The translations under genes were made by a program, and so were the position numbers. Positions 25,284-37,074 of a DNA stretch of 64,000 bases are shown here, piece by piece; within the stretch, counting starts at the first letter, position 1, and each line of letters begins with the position of its first letter. Source of the stretch: Chiloscyllium plagiosum. Lineage: Eukaryota. The notes beneath the pieces are model-generated. The model saw only the letters and a list, made by a program, of their open reading frames with translations, was not told the DNA's origin and searched no databases. The DNA lies in NCBI RefSeq assembly GCF_004010195.1, contig NC_057720.1:22286243-22350242 (forward strand), given 5' to 3'.

Positions 25284-26289
25284 TGTAGCCACTTTGTCAG
25301 TCATTGGCATAGAACAGTCATCAGCTCCACAAGGCAAGTGGAGGCACTGGTGCTTAAACATGCTGACAGAGCTCATTCTTTACCAGCAGACTCTGCATTA
25401 TGGGGAAAGAGGAATGTTGTCTCTTTTGAGCTGGATCAGTGGATCCATCTCTTCTCACAGAGTGGCATGAGGCTGTGGAGAAGGTAGTTGCTACTGTTGA
25501 TGGTAGTCTTGCTGCTCCAATTTCTGTTGTTCTTGGCATTTCTACTCCTCTTACTCCTCAGCATAAATGCAAAGTTGAGCTGCATAAACTGCCCTCATGC
25601 CTCCCTGGAGGCTGATAAAAAAGAAGTGCAGATCACGGTAAGTGAACTCCAAGACGGGTGAACTGATCTCCAGGAAGCTGAAGATTATCTGTCACGCAGC
25701 AAGAGAAACTCTCAGAAGGCCTGTAAGCAACAACCTATCACATAGGCACTGCTGCAGTTATACCCTTTTAGTGTCAGAAGGCTTCCCAGCCTGTCAATTA
25801 CACTGACCAAACACTCCCAGTTTCGGAAACCTATGGAAAACCTTTATGCTGGCAATTAAAACCAGAATGCTGGGCTAAATCCTAAATCCTCAGTTGTTCT
25901 TTTTTGAATATTTTAGTTGCCGATTCAATGGAGCATTTCCTACTTGACCACAGAACCACACAAGTTAACAAATGGGGTCATGCCAGGTTCCGACCTGATG
26001 TGGGATATTAATTTCAACCACAACACTCTCCCCACCCCCTTCATATCCAAACCCTTACAATTCCACCCTACGGTTCAATGAAATTTCAATACTACTTAAG
26101 TGCAAGCAAGGGAAAGTGAGTGTTGTTAATAGTTTAACACAATGGCTAAAGAAATACCAAAATATTACACAGTGGAAGCAAAGAAAATGGAGGACACCTT
26201 GAATTATGTTGCATTGACAAGAGATAGGATAAAAGGGATCCTGAAATACCCGCATATTCAACACTTTCTAAGTCTACCTATTGCAGAAC

Positions 26290-26870
26290 AGTAATAAACA
26301 AAGCAAACAAAATGTTGAGCTACATGGCTAAATCGATAGAGTTTAATTCTGAAGTGGTCAGGCTGTAAACTGTAAAATGCCTTAAGCAAGTACAATTCAA
26401 GTCTTGCAGTTGGTTTTTGATCACTGAAGCACAGGGAAAAATCCAAGCTCTGTAAGCGTGCAGAGACGGGCTACAAAGCGGGTGTACTGCGTCAAAGAAG
26501 GGGACAATGAACAAATGCTTGAAAGGCTCAATCCTTTCAGCCTTGAATGAGCCAAATGAGGTGAAACTTCAGAAGGTTTCATCATGCATTCACTGAAATA
26601 GAAAATATTAATCCAGAACACTATTTCAAGTTAAGCCACAAACATTAGAGCCAAAACTTAGTATAAGGAATATATGCAGACAAAAGACAAGTGCAATACT
26701 AATGCCAAGAAGCATTTCACTCAGTCATTAATATTTGAAATAGACTTCCAGTCCACTGCTGGAGGAAAGAAAAGTATCTCGAATTGTTCTGAGGATAGTA
26801 AGCCCATAGGTTTCTATGGCAGGATGAGGTGGATGGGCCAAATAGTCTCACTCATACATCAATACTTACT
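26290..26870 (+). mobile_element. Ancient CR1 3' relic
   Basis: atccaagctctgtaagcgtgcagagacgggctacaaagcgg reads IQAL*.VQRRATKR; LERLNPFSLE follows. Confidence 0.65.
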
Positions 26871-27809
26871 TCTGCAATTTCCAGCACACAATAAATAATT
26901 TTTGGCAGCTTAGTTTCCTGGATTTAAATCAGATTTTTTTTTGTTTCAAGATAAATTAATTGAACAGATACAAAATAAATGACAGGGGGAAGAGAGTGAG
27001 GGTAGGAACAAGTGAGACATAGAGCACATTTATATTTCTTGCTCTATGAAGGAATGTTAATTTTTCTCAATCGGAACATTCCAGTTAGCATTCTGTGCTC
27101 AAATTTAATATTACAAATCTGGTAATGTTAAGTGGTGACACATTGGCAATTTTAAAAAAACAATTCATATTATTTTATTGGATTTTGTCTGTTGGTAAAC
27201 TGAACTTGGTTATAGCATGTTGAGAACCATGAAACCATGGCTATATTTTCCATTGACTTTCAACTTTCTACATTGCTATTGAGCAAAATATGATATACCT
27301 CAAATTCTCAATTACTATAATCCAGATAGGAAATAGTTCAGGATAGCACGCTTTGATGGGGTATCTGGGAGATATACAAGCATTTCTTTATATCAAATTA
27401 CCTTTTGAAATCTCCTCCCCAACGCCTGACAAAATTCATTTGAAATACTGCTTCAATATTCAAAAAATCAATAATTTAAACCACAGGTTGAAATGTTTTA
27501 CTGCATACAGTACAGGTCTTTTTTTTTTCCCAAAATGAAAATGGTAATGACACCGAGGGGAAAAGTCAAAGCCTGAAGACATGCTTCATGTTGAGTACTG
27601 TGTGGCTGGCAGCTGAGTTTTCAATCTTACTGTTGCTCATCTGTGACAAGATATTTCCTGTGAACCTACACACACATTCACGCCTCCAACAGAAACTTTA
27701 ATCAATTAAAACTCTACAAGAAACTTAAAATAGAATGTCAGTCAGAATTAGGGAAAAATTATTTCCAAAACCTCAAATTAACTGGCTTTGGAAAAATGCA
27801 TATTTGAAC

Positions 27810-28365
27810 AAAGAACATAGAACAATATAGCGCAGTACAGGCCCTTTGGCCCTCGATGTTGCGCCAACCTGTGGAATCAACCTGAAGCCCATCTAACCCA
27901 CAATACTCCATTTCCATCCATATGTCTATCCAATGACTATTTAAATGCCTTTAAAGTTGGCGAGTCTACAACTGTTGCAGGTAGTGCGTTCCAATGCTCC
28001 TACTACTGTGCCACCGAGGTTAACACTGCTGCCTCACAGTGCCAGAGACCCGGGTTCAATTCCCGCCTCGGGCAACTGTCTGTGTGGAGTTTGCACATTC
28101 TCCCCGTGTCTGCGTGGGTTTCCTCCGGGTGCTCCGGTTTCCTCCCACAGTCCAAAGATGTGCAGGTTAGGTGAACTGGCCATGCTAAATTGACCGTAGT
28201 GTTAGGTGAAAGGGTAAATGTAGGGGAATGGGCCTGGGTGGGTTGCTCTTTGGAGGGTTGGTGTGGACTTGTTGGGCCGAAGGGCCTGTTTCCACACTGT
28301 AAGTAATCTAATCTAATCTACTCTCTGAGTAAAGAAAGTACCTCTGACATCTGTCCTGTGTCTAT
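27810..28365 (-). mobile_element. CR1 3' tail hosting an HE1 SINE
   Basis: agaacatagaaca tail; host continues after 28320 (ctctgagtaaagaa); opposite-strand homolog at ~21975-22115. Confidence 0.75.
28005..28320 (+). mobile_element. HE1-like V-SINE with inverted 5' tip
   Basis: B box gggttcaattccc, V domain, (taatc)n tail; 28005-28016 is the reverse complement of head sequence cggtggcacagt. Confidence 0.9.
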
Positions 28366-28939
28366 CAGTCTTTTAAATTGGACAATCTAGGATGGTTAGG
28401 TTCTCTGGGACTTTTTTAAAAAGTAGTTTGGCAATAAGGTTTGTAACCAGCAACACCATGCATCAAATGCTATTTTTAGTTTCCCCATTAATAACATAGC
28501 AAATCTGAATGAGACAGATTTCTTTCAACCGGTTGATGCAGAATTGATGCTTTTCACTTGCCAGTTTCTGGAAAACTGGCAAAGTTTCCAGATAACTGAA
28601 ATATCATTAACAAAATAAGAAATGACATCCCTAATTTAATGTTTAACTTCACGTCTTGAATTAAGTTTTGCACTTTCAATTTTAAATCAACTTTTAGATC
28701 TGATTTGATGAATGATATCAATTATTGTTGCTATTAGTCCTCTCTTATTTGCACCATATAAATCATCAGGTAGACTTTACTAATACAATAAACAAAAGCA
28801 GAAGGCTCTTGAAAATCTCAGCTAGTGCAGATTATTTGGAGAGAGAGAACCAGTATTAAGTCAAATGACTCTTCTCTGGAGGTTTAACTAATGTTGTCCT
28901 GTCTATCCTCCAATCTCTCTACTTTCAACAACTATCGTG

Positions 28940-29514
28940 ATGATTTGGAGGTGCTGGTGTTGAACTGGGGTGGCCAAAGTTAAAAATCGCACAACAAAGA
29001 TTATAGTCCAGAAGGTTTATTTAGAAACACTAGCTTTCAGAGCGCTGCTCCTTCATCAGGTTCTTGTGGAGTATAAAATCCTAAGACACAGAATTTATAG
29101 CAAAAGTTTAGTGTTGTGTAACTGAAATCATACATTGAGAAAGACCTGGATTGTTTGTTAAGTCTCTCATCTTATAGAATGACCACATCGGTTTCAGTTC
29201 AGTTCAGAGCCGACATGGCACCAATTGTTAAAGTTCACTTGAGAATGTTACTTCAAAAAAAGTTCTGAGATTTACATATGAAACAACTGAAACCAACATG
29301 ATCATTCTAAAAGTTGAGAGACTTCACAAACAATCCAGGTCTTTTTCAATATATCATTTCAGTTGCATCACACTGTAAACTTTTGCTATAAATTCTGTAT
29401 CTTACGATCTTACACTCCAGAATCACCTGATGAAGGAGCAGCGCTCTAAAAGCTAGTGCTTCCAAATAAACCTGTTGGACTACAACCTGGCGTTGTGTGA
29501 TTTTTAATTTTGTA
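28940..29514. mobile_element. PLE family C end in inverted-repeat arrangement, two hammerhead motifs
   Basis: ~28972-29200 is the diverged reverse complement of ~29285-29514; a short related fragment lies at 20975-21060. Confidence 0.8.
29030..29059 (-). ncRNA. Minimal hammerhead ribozyme motif (intact core)
   Basis: Minus CUGAUGA-a-GGAGC-agc-GCUCU-GAAA-GCUA. Confidence 0.55.
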
Positions 29515-29519
29515 TCATG

Positions 29520-30120
29520 ATGAAGGTTACATCCAGTTCACTGACAACAATAGTTCTCTTCAAATTTATGACTACCACTTATGATTCTATCTCTGCTATG
29601 GCAAATCTGCATAATCACTCCATCTTTACCACCTCTGCTCCCACAGAGTCAGTGTTTGTTCTCTCATTCACATTTATTTCCAGTCATGGCTGTCAGCTCT
29701 GTTCCTGTAAGTCAGGGGGTTGCAAATTCAAAAGAGTCTCCAGCACAACTGACCTTGCTTTTCTTCACCAGAGTGGGCTTCATCACAAAAAGGACCAGAG
29801 GAGTTTGTTGCCTTCAGCTAAAGCTGAAAACTAGTTAAGAATTATTCTGGAGGTCAATAGCTGTGGACTATCCATAACTGATAGCCTGTTTAAGTACATC
29901 TCAATAGTTGAGAGGTGCTCATTGATTTCCTTTCACAGCTGTCAGGGCCCCAATTTTGTTCATCCATTCTAAGACCTGCATAGCCATCTTTCTACAGTTT
30001 CTGCACTGTTGCCTGAGAAACTGATTGATGCTACTGGAGCAATGTTGAAAAGGGGGTGCTCACCTACAGTCATTGGAATTAACAGGATCTCTGTGCTTTT
30101 CAGATTAATACATTGCCAGA
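29520..30120 (-). pseudogene. Possible decayed Harbinger transposase relic
   Basis: In order on minus: SVSQATVQK, AGDSFEFATP*LT, LTLWEQRW, like GVSQxTV, LGDSxYPLxPWLxT, LTxxExxYN; very degraded. Confidence 0.25.
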
Positions 30121-32869
30121 GAATTTCAGACCTTTGGGAGCTCTTCACTTTGATTTGTGAGCCTTACTCTGACTTATTTAGTGAATAGTGGACTCCACTT
30201 TTATTTCTTTGTTCTGCACAAACAACCAGGACGAGCAGTAGCTAGTACTGTTCGAGCACGGAAAATGATGAAGGCCATGTGTAGGCTGTACAACATTGTC
30301 TCGGTGTTAGATCATTTGCCTCTGAGTCAGAAAATCATGTGTTGAAGTCTCACTGCAAGGATGTGACCAGTCTTTTTTCACATTTATCCCTCAATGCAGT
30401 ATTGAAAGAGTGCTACACAGTTTGAGGTAGACCAGATGTTAAACCACATCTGCCCTTTCAGACCATATAGTACTCCATGTTACTATTTGAGTGGAGCGCT
30501 CCAAAGTTAAGGTCCGATCCATTATCTAATAGAAAATCAAAATCAAATCCATTATACCACAAAACATATGTCATGCCAGTCAAGAAGTAGTGACAGACAG
30601 AATTGCAGCAGTACATCAGACTGAAAAATGGTTGCACAAAAGAATTGGCATAAATCTGAGAAACTGGACATAATACACACACTACAAATATATTTTTAAA
30701 GAGATTTCAAAAAGTAAAGAGGAAAGGGCAGATGGTATAGACGATCAAGCCAAGTACTGTATATCCGAGCAGGGTTGTCATTATGAATTTAAATTATTTT
30801 CTATTACCTCAACTTAATTATCGTAATTTACTTTGGAAGAGAGCCAGCTAATCTATATTAAAACCATTAACTTGATTGCATAATCGAGCAGCAAAAATTG
30901 TAATAGGTACATCATTGTCTTGCTTTTAGGAAGAAAGTAATCTTGAAATGCACATTTCGATTTTTAGTTGGAAATTTGAATTACTAGAGCATTTTTACGA
31001 TGGTGGCTATGTTTTAACGAAACTGGCTCATTAGTTATCTGCATTCATACACATCATATACTTCCATAATAAACACAACTGAAGTTACCAAAAGCATTCA
31101 GAAATTAGAAGCATTAACTCCTCTCATCCATTTTCTCAGACTTTAGACTGTTGCAAGAATCTAACTCAGAGATTTTCCTTAGGGATTCTCTGATAGGAAG
31201 CTGGCAATTTGGCCGTCATCCCAGTGAGAATCCCATCTAGTTGGTGAGTCAAGAAATTCTCAGCAAGAAATTCTAAGCATTTTCAATACATTCCAATGCC
31301 AGTTTTCCTGGGCATCATTCCCAAGTATGTTGGACACTGGTTTTTTAATCGTAGATACACCTACAGGCTATTAAATCAGTCAAACACCTTCAAGATTTGA
31401 TCACATTAAAGCTAGCTTTAATTTCAAGTGTTCTTCAAGTGATTCATTTCAAATGTACACATGGGATAAAGGAGCAGGTACTAGGAGAGTGAGCCATGAA
31501 AGTTCCTCAGGAACTCAAAGGTGGAATAGGGCCATGGAGAACCAGAAGATCTGCAGAAACTGTGCGTCCTTCTTATTTTTGCGCTCAGATGAATGCATAG
31601 GTAACCATTGTGGAAATACTTTGTTTACACCTCCCCAACAGAGACAGCAGCAGAGCAATACAATAACATTTTCTGCTTTTATATTACACTGCCACCCCAT
31701 TAAAAAAAATCTTGAGTGTTAAAATGCAAAATGGAACATGTATATAATTTCCTAGAATAGAATGACTAAACCAACTAAAGCTATGACTGAAATTTAACAG
31801 ATTGGGATGCAGTTTGTTTTTCGAATAATAAAAACCAAGACATTTACATGACTAAAACTGCCAGAGCTATTAGCATGTTTCTATTTCCTTAATGCCAGAA
31901 CATGTTTGATAAATGTTCTATCATTTGACAAGAAGAACAATTTATTTCCTCTTTTCTATGTGCTTTCAATCAATCCATATGGTCTAACTCTGTCTGGATC
32001 TCTCCTCCCATTTCCATTAACTTGACTTTACTCTTTCACTTGTGTCAAATCTCAACATGGACTTTGACTACTGACTCCACTTAATGGTTGGTATTGTGAC
32101 ATTGATTGATTAGCCTAAATCAAAGACCCTGACTCACTTTGCTCCACTGGTGGATTCTGTGATGCCAGCAAGCTTTTAGCTTCTTAGTGAATTTCACTTT
32201 TTCCTGATTTTCACGAAAAGAGAAATTTCAATGATGATAGGCTTCTCATGCTCTCCCTTTGTTAGATTTCTTCTAACAAGTAAATAATCTCATAGCATTG
32301 GTGGAGTCTCTCCAATCTTCTAGATGTTTGAACGCTGCTAATTTTATTAAACTCCAAAATTATACTTGTTCTTTTCACCTCAAGAATGTTTCCCTTTCAG
32401 ATTCTGACGAGGATTGTATGCTTTCATCGTGTCTGGGTAATCATGATTCATCTTCAACTCGTCTTGCTTTTCTCTTACATTGTTATTGACATCAGGCTTA
32501 AGCAAAGTAAGTTTTGTGCGAATAACATATTTAAACATTTATTCATAAGATACAACAATGACATCTACAAAATGGCAAATTGCCCAGGTACACCCTGTAC
32601 ACAAAAAGCAAGAAAAATACAACCTATCCAATTGCCCATTCCTAGAACATAGAACATAGAAGAATACAGCGCAGTACAGGCCGTATACTTCTTGCATTGA
32701 AGTATACACACTTCAAGCCACTTCCCTGTTTACAGGCACCCTCCTTGGAAATTGATGCCATGTTCCTCTACTCTTGATCATCAGTAAAGTGACGTAAATT
32801 GTCACTAGTAGTACTATCAAATATCAATTGTTTAGCGATAACATGCTCATTGTGTTTAGTTTGGATTCT

Positions 32870-33560
32870 GCCAGGGCCACTCTGCTCCTGAGCTCACTAC
32901 AGCTTTCGTTCAAACATGGACAAAAGAGCTGAATTTCAGAGGTGAGACAAGAGCACTGCCCTTGAGATAAAGATTGTGGGATTAAAGAGCCTTAGTAAAA
33001 CTAGAGCTAGTGGAAATTTGTGGGAAACTCAATATTAGTTGGAGTCAAACCTGGCACAGGGGAAGGTGGTTGCAGTTTTTGGAGTCATTTCAGCTCCAGG
33101 ATGTCTCTACAGGAGTTCTTCAGAGTACTGTCCTTGACCCAACTATCTTCGCTGTTTCATCAATGACCTTCTCTCCATCACATGGTCAGAAGTGGAGATG
33201 TTTGCTGATGATGCACAATATTCAGATACTGAGGCAGTCCATGTTCAAATGCAGCAAGGCCTGAACAATGTTCAGGCTTGGGATGAAAGGTGGCAACTGC
33301 TGAAAAATGTGTTGCTGGAAAAGCGCAGCAGGTCAGGCAGCATTCAAGGAGCGGGAGAATCGACATTTCGGGCATAAGCCCTTCTTTAGGAATGAAAGGT
33401 GGCAAATAATATTCATGCCATGCTAGTGCCCGTCAATGCCCATCTCCAATAAGGGACAATCTAACCAACACAACTTGACGTTCAATGGCATCCTTATCAC
33501 TGAATCCTCACTATCAAGATTGTGGGAGCTTACCACTGACCAGTAATTGAATTGGACTAA
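32870..33560 (+). mobile_element. CR1/L2-group LINE RT fragment
   Basis: LQDVSTGVLQSTVLDPTIF and MFADD motifs. Confidence 0.75.
33297..33391 (-). mobile_element. 95-bp PLE-end insertion
   Basis: 14-bp TSD atgaaaggtggcaa at 33283-33296 and 33392-33405. Confidence 0.85.
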
Positions 33561-36321
33561 TATTTTTATTTACTTAATTTATTTTCTCATGGGATATGGA
33601 TGTCGCTCGCTGGCCAGCGTTTATTGCCCTTTTCTTGCTACCCTTGAGAAGGTGGTGGTGAACTGCCTTCTTAAACTGCTGCAGTCCATGTGCTGTAGAT
33701 AGACCCCCATTGCCCTCACGGAGAGAATTCCAGGATTTTGATATAGCAACACTGAGGGAACAGCGATATATTTCCAAGTCGATGTGTCTTGGAGGGGAAC
33801 CTGAAGGTGGTGGTGTACCAATCTATCTGCTGCCTTTGTCCTTCTACATGGAAATGGTTGTGTATTTGGAAGGTCCTATCTAAGGATTTCTGGAGTGCAC
33901 CTTGTGGATCATGCACACTGCTGTTAATGACTCCTTTGACACTTCTAGCATTGGGTACATTTACTCACTTGATATAACTATCAACTAAACTATGGTACTC
34001 TTTCATTTAAAATAAATCAACATGTAATATACCTTGAGGGAATAATTACCCTTAAACCCATATGATCTAGCTTTGATACATACTGAGTGCACTTCTGCAT
34101 TGGAATATCCCCATAATATCGCACCAACATACTCTTTAGGCAAGACTTTCATCATATAATTGACCACTTTATTGAGCACCACATTCTTTTCAATTTCTTT
34201 CACTAATTTTTCTAGTAAACACTGGTATGTTATTTGTCTGTGCAAAGCAATTTACAGATGGCCCAGTGGCTAAAACGAATCAGTCTTAATGTGAAACTGT
34301 TGAAACAATGTCCATATTTGAATGATCTAGTAATTTATGATGCTTAATACCTTAGGTAAGATCAGTGCCAATCTCTAGAGCAATATAGTGCAAATGTTAC
34401 GACCCAGCTGATGATATATCGGACAAGTCAGGCCCCAGAATAAAACGTGGCTTGAAAGACATTTTTCTTTTACTGTGGAAGTCAGTCACTGAACATATTC
34501 ATAACAGGTTGCCAATTTTCTTAAAACAAAAACAGATTTATAACACAAAGAAAAACATCAATTATTTAACACAAGATAAGAATGAAATATCACATCAGAA
34601 TGAAATATCATTCCTTTCATCCCAGTAATGCCTTTACAGATACTCTAGCCTCAGTGAAGAGTCACCACACCAAATTTGCTTGCTCGCTTTGGCAATTTGT
34701 TGCACACTCACTGGAAGCTATTTTCTTCAGTTGCTTTCTCTCCCTGAAATCCATAAAACAAATTGCTAACTTCAGCTCAATTATTACTTAATAATTAATA
34801 TTAAACACATTTCTTCAACAGTCTTGTAGATTATTGCCCTCTCTGACACCCCATAGCCTCTGCTTCTGGAACTTCCTTCTCATGGACTTATAAGCATTTC
34901 AGGATTACCCCATCAAGCCCTTCAGAATCTTATTGTGATGATTGAGATGAATACTCTATTTCCTCTAATTCCACTATTCTACAGGTCAAAACATAAATTA
35001 ATTATCTTATTCAGTTCCTGATATGGGCAAATGTACCATTTCTTTATATTAGACTTAAAATAAAAGGATTCTCCATGAGATTGTTTTCAAATAAACACAA
35101 AATTCTTGGTTTATTATAAACAAAACTTATTTAATAACAATACAAAATAGGTTATCATACTTTGTTTGTATTATGAAAATATAAATGCTTACCGTCTAAA
35201 TAACTCAGAACATATGCACAAGCAAATACTCACACATGCAGCAGTTAAGTGGGGGAAAAAAATGGATTTCTCTCTATCAAGATTCACTTTGGGAAAAGAA
35301 AACACTTTTGTCCAATTTGTTCTTGATACTTAAAAAGAAATGATAAATTATGGAATGTTCAGTCAGCTGTTGGCCAAACATTCTGATGCACAAAAAGTGG
35401 GTATCACCAAACACAAAACAAATGTCATTGGGGTCTTTGCCAAAACTACTTGCTCAGCAAAGACAGTATCGAGAATTGTTCTGGATGGTTTTCAGGAGAA
35501 GAATGAGGGTTCATCCTGGACCAGGGCTTTATGTACTACCTGAGATCCACACCAAGAGATTTTCCAGAAACAGGCTGAGAAGCTCTTTTCCTTTTCTAGG
35601 CTGGCCACCAACTGAAAAATCCCAACAATCTGATGGGCAGTCTCAGGCAGACGGTTTGCAGTAAACAAACAGTTATGCCTTGTTGAAAGAAACGGTTCCA
35701 CTGTCCTTTGATTGACCTCTTAAAAACAAACAATCCAGTTGTGCACAAAACCTCAAAATCACATCCACAAGAAAATTAAATTCATCTTTCAACGGCGTTG
35801 CTTCTTACTCTTCTCAATTTCAGTGAGTACAAGCCTCGCCTGTCCAGCCTTTATCACAAGGATAACTTGTTCATTCCAGGTATTGGTCCAGTAATCCATC
35901 TCTGAACCACTTCCAATTTATTTACATCCTTCCAAAGGTAAAGAGGCCAATGCTAAACACAGAGCTCCAGACACGGTCTTAACTTACAATGTGTTTTTTT
36001 TTCTGTTACTACACTTAATTAGAATGTCATCTATGAAGCAGAACATTAATTTTATTCTATTTCATACCCAATCCATGATGCACTGGAATGTTGTGGAAGC
36101 AGTATAAACTGCAAATGGAAACCTTCTCTAATGGTACGTTTCTTTCTGTGGATGAATGGTAAGGAATTCCTTGCTTTTGACAGTTGATTTGAATTGCAAA
36201 TTTGCATTTGACAAATCTATCTTACTGAACATTTTCCATTGGCCAAATTACAAAATAAGGCATCACTAGAGTGCAATGGGTGAGTATCATTCTCCATCAA
36301 CTTATTTATTATTTGCTTATA

Positions 36322-37074
36322 CAGAGGAACCTTGATTATCCGAGTATCAATTATCCGAATATCGGATTATCCAAAGGAGATCTTGAGGTTGCGATAGAAG
36401 CATTACATCAAAGAGCTGTTTTAACCCTAATCACGTCTTTTGTTTACTATGATTGAAAACGATCTTGGCTCACCGAAATGCTGCCGAGAACGCTCCTGGA
36501 CATGAATGGGAGCCCAGGCACCATCTCCAAATGACTGACCTCCCCCGCCCCCCATCTCTTTCCCCCCACACTCCCTGGAGTTCTACACAGGGATGAACCC
36601 TAAGCCAGATACTCTGTCTGATATTGTCCTGTACAGAGCAAAGGTGGAACCTGTCAAAACGGTGTGTGTGTGTGTGTACACGCTATTTGGGTTTGGGGCT
36701 AGTGTTGGATGAGGTTGGGAGGGGGCGGTGTTGGGAAGGCGGTGTTGGGTGGTGGGTGGGGACAGGTGGGAGGTGGTGTTGCGGGGCTGGCAGGGGGGCA
36801 GTGTTGGGGAGGCGGTGTTCGATGGGTTTGGGGGGTGGGAAGAGGGTGGTGTTGGGGGGCAGTGTTGGACGGGTTTGTGGGGACAGGGTTGGGGGCGGAC
36901 GGGCAGGTGAGGGCTCGCGTGCGGTGTGCTGCTGCCTCGTCTCCTGAATGGGGAGCAGACTTAACCGGAAACACTGAGCCCCAGAGGCAAGGTATTGAAT
37001 CAATTAACCGAATAATCAATTATCCGAATGAAATAGTGCTCGCCCATCTCACTTGGATAATCAAAGTTCCTCTG
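36322..37074. mobile_element. Non-autonomous Tc1/mariner (pogo/Tigger-like) DNA transposon (MITE)
   Basis: 24-bp TIRs cagaggaaccttgattatccgagt matching 22/24; TA on both sides; subterminal attatccga repeats; no transposase ORF. Confidence 0.9.

Larger units (their letters stand above)
24800..25720 (-). pseudogene. Decayed PIF/Harbinger transposase relic (N-terminal region)
   Basis: Across frames: NELCQHV...LFYAND*Q...GISHS...SIRRET...EIAG, like ELC...FYAxGSFQ...GISQS...CIxxVT...IAGFP; many stops. Confidence 0.4.

Noticed and set aside
24797..25720. Large minus-strand host exon with AG and GTAAGT ends
   Set aside because: Multiple stops, no long ORF and a PLE insertion; better explained as a Harbinger relic
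26290..26620. CpG-containing unique-looking block as an exon or CNE
   Set aside because: Translates to decayed CR1 motifs (VQRRATK, LNPFSLE)
34394..35800. LTR-like sequence starting TGTTACG
   Set aside because: Could not find a matching CA end or TSD, so boundaries are unsupported
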